A stretch of DNA of 64,000 nucleotides from an uncultured delta proteobacterium (GTDB lineage Bacteria; Myxococcota; Kuafuiibacteriia; Kuafuiibacteriales; Kuafuiibacteriaceae). Position numbers and translations under genes: made by a program. Location of the stretch: assembly GCA_963803435.1 (NCBI GenBank), contig CAWDML010000008.1, positions 1-64,000 on the forward strand. The letters run 5' to 3'. Under the pieces are notes generated by a model that saw nothing but the letters and a program-made list of their open reading frames with translations, did not search any database and had not been told where the DNA came from. Shown in pieces: positions 60,043 through 64,000 of this stretch (positions within the stretch are counted from its first letter, which is position 1; each line of letters opens with the position of its first letter).

Positions 60043-62227
60043 CAGGCCCCACCGAGATCGAGGAAGACCCGCTTCTTCTCGCCCTTCTTGAGCTTCACCA
60101 CCAGCTCGCCGTCGCGCTTGCCGGCCTTGAGCGTGACGTGATGATCGACGTTGGGCACGAGCGCTACCGGGCCGTCGCCGGTCCACCTGCCGGTGCTTTG
60201 ACCGTTCAGGAAGATCTCCGCCCGGGGCTCGCTGTCGATCGACACGAAGCCCATCTGACCCTTTTTCGCCACGGCCCGGGAGATCTTCTTCGTCTCGCCC
60301 TTCTCGATCGTGACGACCTCCTCCACCGCGTCGCGGTCACGCCCGCTGATCCGCACCGTATGCTCTCCGGAGGCGACCTCCACGTCGATCGGGGTCTCGC
60401 CGACCTCGGCGCCGTCGACCTCCACGGTGAGCGACTCCGGCGTGCTCTCCACCGCGATCTTGCCGCCCTTGCCGCTGAGCCGGTCGTGCACCCGGGTGAT
60501 GAGCCCGTCGTCGTACTTGATCGCGTGCTTGACCGTGGTGTGTCCCGCCTTCTTCAGCTCGATGGAGTGCTCCTTGTCGTCGCGGTCGCGCTCGAGGGCC
60601 ATCGGGGTCACGTCGGACATCTCGAGGTCGTCGAAGTACACGGAGGCGCCGGGCGGATCCGTCGAGATCAGGACGGTCACCACGTTCTTCTTGGGCGCCT
60701 CCAGGCTGGCCAGCTCCATCTCGCGGAACGTTCGCTGGCGGGAGAGCTGGCTCCCGCGATAGATGCCGATTCCCGCCCCGATGACGCCCGTGAAGGCGAT
60801 CAGGAGCGTCGACCAGACGAGCGTGCGGCGGCCTCCGGTCTGATGGAGCCGGTGCAGCTGCGTGAGTCCAGGGCGAAGCTCCTTCCGGCCCACGGGCTTC
60901 TTCGGCGTGTCCTTGAGCTGCTTGCCCTTCTTCTTGGGCTCGGGCGGTGCGTCGCTGCCGGCCTGCGCCTTGATCCGCGCCGGCTTCTTCTCGCGCTTCT
61001 CGACCTCCTTCGACGCCCGCTTCTCCGGGGCCGGCTTCGGCGGTGAGGTCGGCCTGCGCTGGACCGGCTCGACCGTCGGCTCGGGGGCCGGCTTGGCCGC
61101 CACGCCCTTGGCCTGGGTCGCCTTGCGCTTGAGCCGGGCCGCAGCGTCCTTGCCAATCTCGTCCTTGGGATCCGGGGGGGCTCCGCGGCGGGCGTCGGAT
61201 CCTTCTTGGGCACCGACGCATGCACCGCTCGATCGACGGCCGACTTCGGCGGCGGTCCGACGACCGACGAGAGCGACAGCACGCCGGTGGAGGCGCCCGG
61301 CTCCCGCTCCTGGTCGTTGGAGAACAGCTCCCGCATGAACTGTCCAAGATCGTCGGCGGTCGAAACGTGACCGGTCCCCGTCGCGAACTTGGCGAGCGCG
61401 CGCTCGAGCTCCATCGCGTCCTGAAAGCGATCCTTGGTCTCGCGCGAGAGGGACTTGAGGACGATCGCCTCGAGCTCCTTCGGGATGTTCTTGTTGATCT
61501 TGGTGGGTGCCGTCACCTCCGCGTTGCGCATCAGGTTGAGCGTGGAGAAGTCGCTCGAGCCCGCGAAGCAGCGCTCTCCGACCAGCAGCTCGTACAGCAC
61601 GATGCCCGAGTTGAAGATGTCGCTCCGGTGATCGAGCGGCTGGCCGCGCGCCTGCTCCGGCGACATGTACCCGTATTTGCCTTTCAGGATCCCGACCGCC
61701 GTCTTGTTCATGATCGACGACGCCTTCGCGATCCCGAAGTCGGTGAGCTTGACCTCGCCCATGAAGGAGACGAGGACGTTGTGAGGGCTGACGTCGCGAT
61801 GAATGATGTTGAGGTTCGCCCCGGAGGCCTCGGTCTTGGAGTGTGCGTAGTAGAGCGCCTTGCAGGCCTCCCGCACCACGAAGACGGCGATGTCGGGCGG
61901 CACCTCTCGGCCCGCGAGCTGTGCGGCGCGAATGACGTCCGACAGATCCTTACCGTGGACGTACTCCATGACGATGAAGTACTCGCCGCTCGCCGAGACG
62001 CAGAGGTCGTGAACCTGGACGATGTTGGCGTAGTTGAGCGTCGCCGCCAGCTTCGCCTCGTTGATGAACATCGTGACGAACGATTCGTCCTCCGTCAGGT
62101 GCGGCAAGATCTTCTTGACGCAGACCTCCTTCTCAAAACCCTGAAACCCAACGGTCTTCGCCTTGTAGACCTCGGCCATGCCGCCCTTTGCGATCATCTC
62201 GAGGATCTCGAACTTCTTCAGTGACAC
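60042..62227 (-). CDS. Ser/Thr kinase with TM helix and PEGA domains; frameshift at or near the G7 run 61174-61180
   Basis: GGMAEVY, HRDVSPHN, DFG, GKYGYMSPE in ORF 60800-62227; TM and PEGA repeats (STDPPGASVY, ESTPESL, DSEPRAEIF) in ORF 60042-61103. Confidence 0.88.
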
Positions 62228-62312
62228 TGAGACTTCGAATTATCTCGGACCCTTCCCTTGGGTTCAACACGCCGGTAGCATTCGGCGGAAACGCGTGACG
62301 AAACCGACCGCG

Positions 62313-64000
62313 ATGAAACAAGAAGGGAGCGAACGCCTCATAGCGCTTCGCAAAACGCTCGAGGACGACCCGCGATCGCTCGCCTTCGTCGAGCTGTCGG
62401 AGGAGCTCATTCGGGCCGGATCCCACGGGGAGGCGTCCGAGGTCGCTCAGCGAGGGCTGCTCTCCCACCCCGACTCGGTGGCCGGTCGCCTGGCGCTGGC
62501 CGTGGCCGAAGCGGAGCAGGACCACATCAGGGAAGCCCTGGAGCAGATCAAACGTGCGCTCTTGATCGATCAAGAGAACCCAAAGGCGCTGGCGCTGATG
62601 GGGCGCATCCTCCTCAAGAAAGGTCTCGCGAAGCGTGCGGTGCAGTTCCTCAGCCACGCCGTGAAGCTCGATCCAAAGGAGAAGGAGTATGGGGAGCTGC
62701 TGAAGGAGGCGCGGACTTTGGCCAAAGGCGGATCGGACGAGGCGCCGCTTCCGGTGTTCAACGCGGATCAGGTCCCTGACGCGTCGAGCCCCTGGAACGA
62801 GGACGAGTGGAGCTCGCGGGCGATCTCCGCGGAGGCGGAGCACACCGTCTTCGATCCGGAGGCGCTCAAGAAGCTCAAGAAGAAGAAGGACAAGCAGGAT
62901 CTCGACGACGCGCTCTCGAACCTCCCGGCCGTCGGCGACGACCTCGGCGAGGAGGAGCCGACCAAGTTCGTCAATCATCGCAAGCAGCAGACCGGCGATC
63001 TGCCGCCGCCGCGGCGCGCACCCGAGACGCCGCCGGAGCCGCGGGGCAAGCGTGCCAAGATGGGCGGCAGCGCGGCCGAGTACTCGCAGATGATGAAGAA
63101 GGCCGACGCGGAAGCGGCCACCAACGAGGCCGAGCGACGCGTCCGCGCCGAGGCGGCCAAGATGCCCACGCCGCCGCCGCCGCCGGTGGGGGATCTCAAC
63201 ATCGAGGCTGCGCCCGCGCGCCGGCCCGAGGCAGACGTGCGACCGCCCCCGAAGGCGCCGTCGGTCGAGCGCGCGCAGGCCGCGCCCGAGCCGCCCCCGC
63301 CGGATCCCGAGCCGGAGTCGAAGCCGCCCAAGGCGGAGAAGCCGGCCAAGGTCGAGAAGCCGAAGAAGGAGGTGCCGCCCCCGAAGCCGCCGCCCGCGCC
63401 GAACAAGCAGATCGGCCACATGGCCACGCGGATGGTGGACGAAGCGCTCTGGGCGCTGCTCGGCGGCAAGGGTCCCGAGCCGGACGGCAAGCGGCCCGAG
63501 CCCGAGGCCAAGCCCGATCGACCGAAGGCGAAGGTGGAGGCCGACGCGAAGGCCGACAAGGGCGCGCCGGCTGCGGAGGCCCGTCCCGGGCAGATGGTGG
63601 TTCGCACCTCCGAGCGCTTCGGCACCTGGACCGCGCGCGCCGTGCTGCTGATCCTGTGCGTGGCCTCGCTGTGGATCGGGTACGCGATCACCATGGCCAC
63701 CAAAGGGCCGGGGCCCGAGACGTCGACCGAGGAGCTCAAGGGTGTCGCCGGCGATCTGGAGCGTGGCGGGCTCGCGTCGTTGCTGGCGGCCGAGGAGAAG
63801 ATCACCGAGCTCAAGCGCAACAATCCTGACCTCGAAGTGCTGCTCAGCGGCGCGATGGCCGAGGTCTACGCGAATCGATGGGCGCGCTTCGGGCGCGATC
63901 CGAAGATGCTCGAGCAGGCCAAGGCGCAGCTGAAGATCGCCTCGGCCGAGCGTCCCTCCGTCGAGCTCCTCTCTGCGATGACCGTGCTGTCGACCGGAGC
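62313..64000 (+). CDS. TPR protein with Pro-rich linker and TM helix, truncated by the window end
   Basis: Translated by hand (absent from the ORF track): MKQEGSERLIALRKTLEDDPRSLAFVELSEELIRAG...ALEQIKRALLIDQENPKALALMG. Confidence 0.8.
   Translation, partial: MKQEGSERLIALRKTLEDDPRSLAFVELSEELIRAGSHGEASEVAQRGLLSHPDSVAGRLALAVAEAEQDHIREALEQIKRALLIDQENPKALALMGRILLKKGLAKRAVQFLSHAVKLDPKEKEYGELLKEARTLAKGGSDEAPLPVFNADQVPDASSPWNEDEWSSRAISAEAEHTVFDPEALKKLKKKKDKQDLDDALSNLPAVGDDLGEEEPTKFVNHRKQQTGDLPPPRRAPETPPEPRGKRAKMGGSAAEYSQMMKKADAEAATNEAERRVRAEAAKMPTPPPPPVGDLNIEAAPARRPEADVRPPPKAPSVERAQAAPEPPPPDPEPESKPPKAEKPAKVEKPKKEVPPPKPPPAPNKQIGHMATRMVDEALWALLGGKGPEPDGKRPEPEAKPDRPKAKVEADAKADKGAPAAEARPGQMVVRTSERFGTWTARAVLLILCVASLWIGYAITMATKGPGPETSTEELKGVAGDLERGGLASLLAAEEKITELKRNNPDLEVLLSGAMAEVYANRWARFGRDPKMLEQAKAQLKIASAERPSVELLSAMTVLSTG

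Overview
High-GC, gene-dense bacterial DNA. The Hanks-type kinases, PEGA/WD40/RCC1/Cys-rich lipoproteins and beta-helix protein suggest a Myxococcota-like organism (inference). No rRNA, tRNA, CRISPR array or transposase was recognised. The flanks carry ordinary genes: CobW-type GTPase, NSS transporter, DnaJ/CbpA-like protein, M32, M14 and CPBP peptidases, SWIM-fused ATP-dependent DNA ligase, TMEM175, hemL and several kinases. The centre holds a tightly coupled + strand operon of about 24 kb (20697-45077), preceded by an M48-TerB gene. Its first gene, once two apparent single-base indels are bridged, is one protein of about 4186 aa: six tandem MoxR/dynein-related AAA+ modules (only modules 3 and 4 keep intact Walker motifs), a long helical linker and two C-terminal vWA/MIDAS domains. 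This is the architecture of eukaryotic midasin (Rea1/MDN1). It is followed by a DcrB/DUF1795-like protein, an atypical ClpB-like ATPase, a Kelch propeller protein, two proteins with degenerate Clp D2 modules, two unknown proteins and a PflX-like radical SAM enzyme. This operon is the best candidate for an undescribed system. All family calls come from reading motifs by eye; no database search was run. Several genes carry scattered frameshifts that look like consensus errors.
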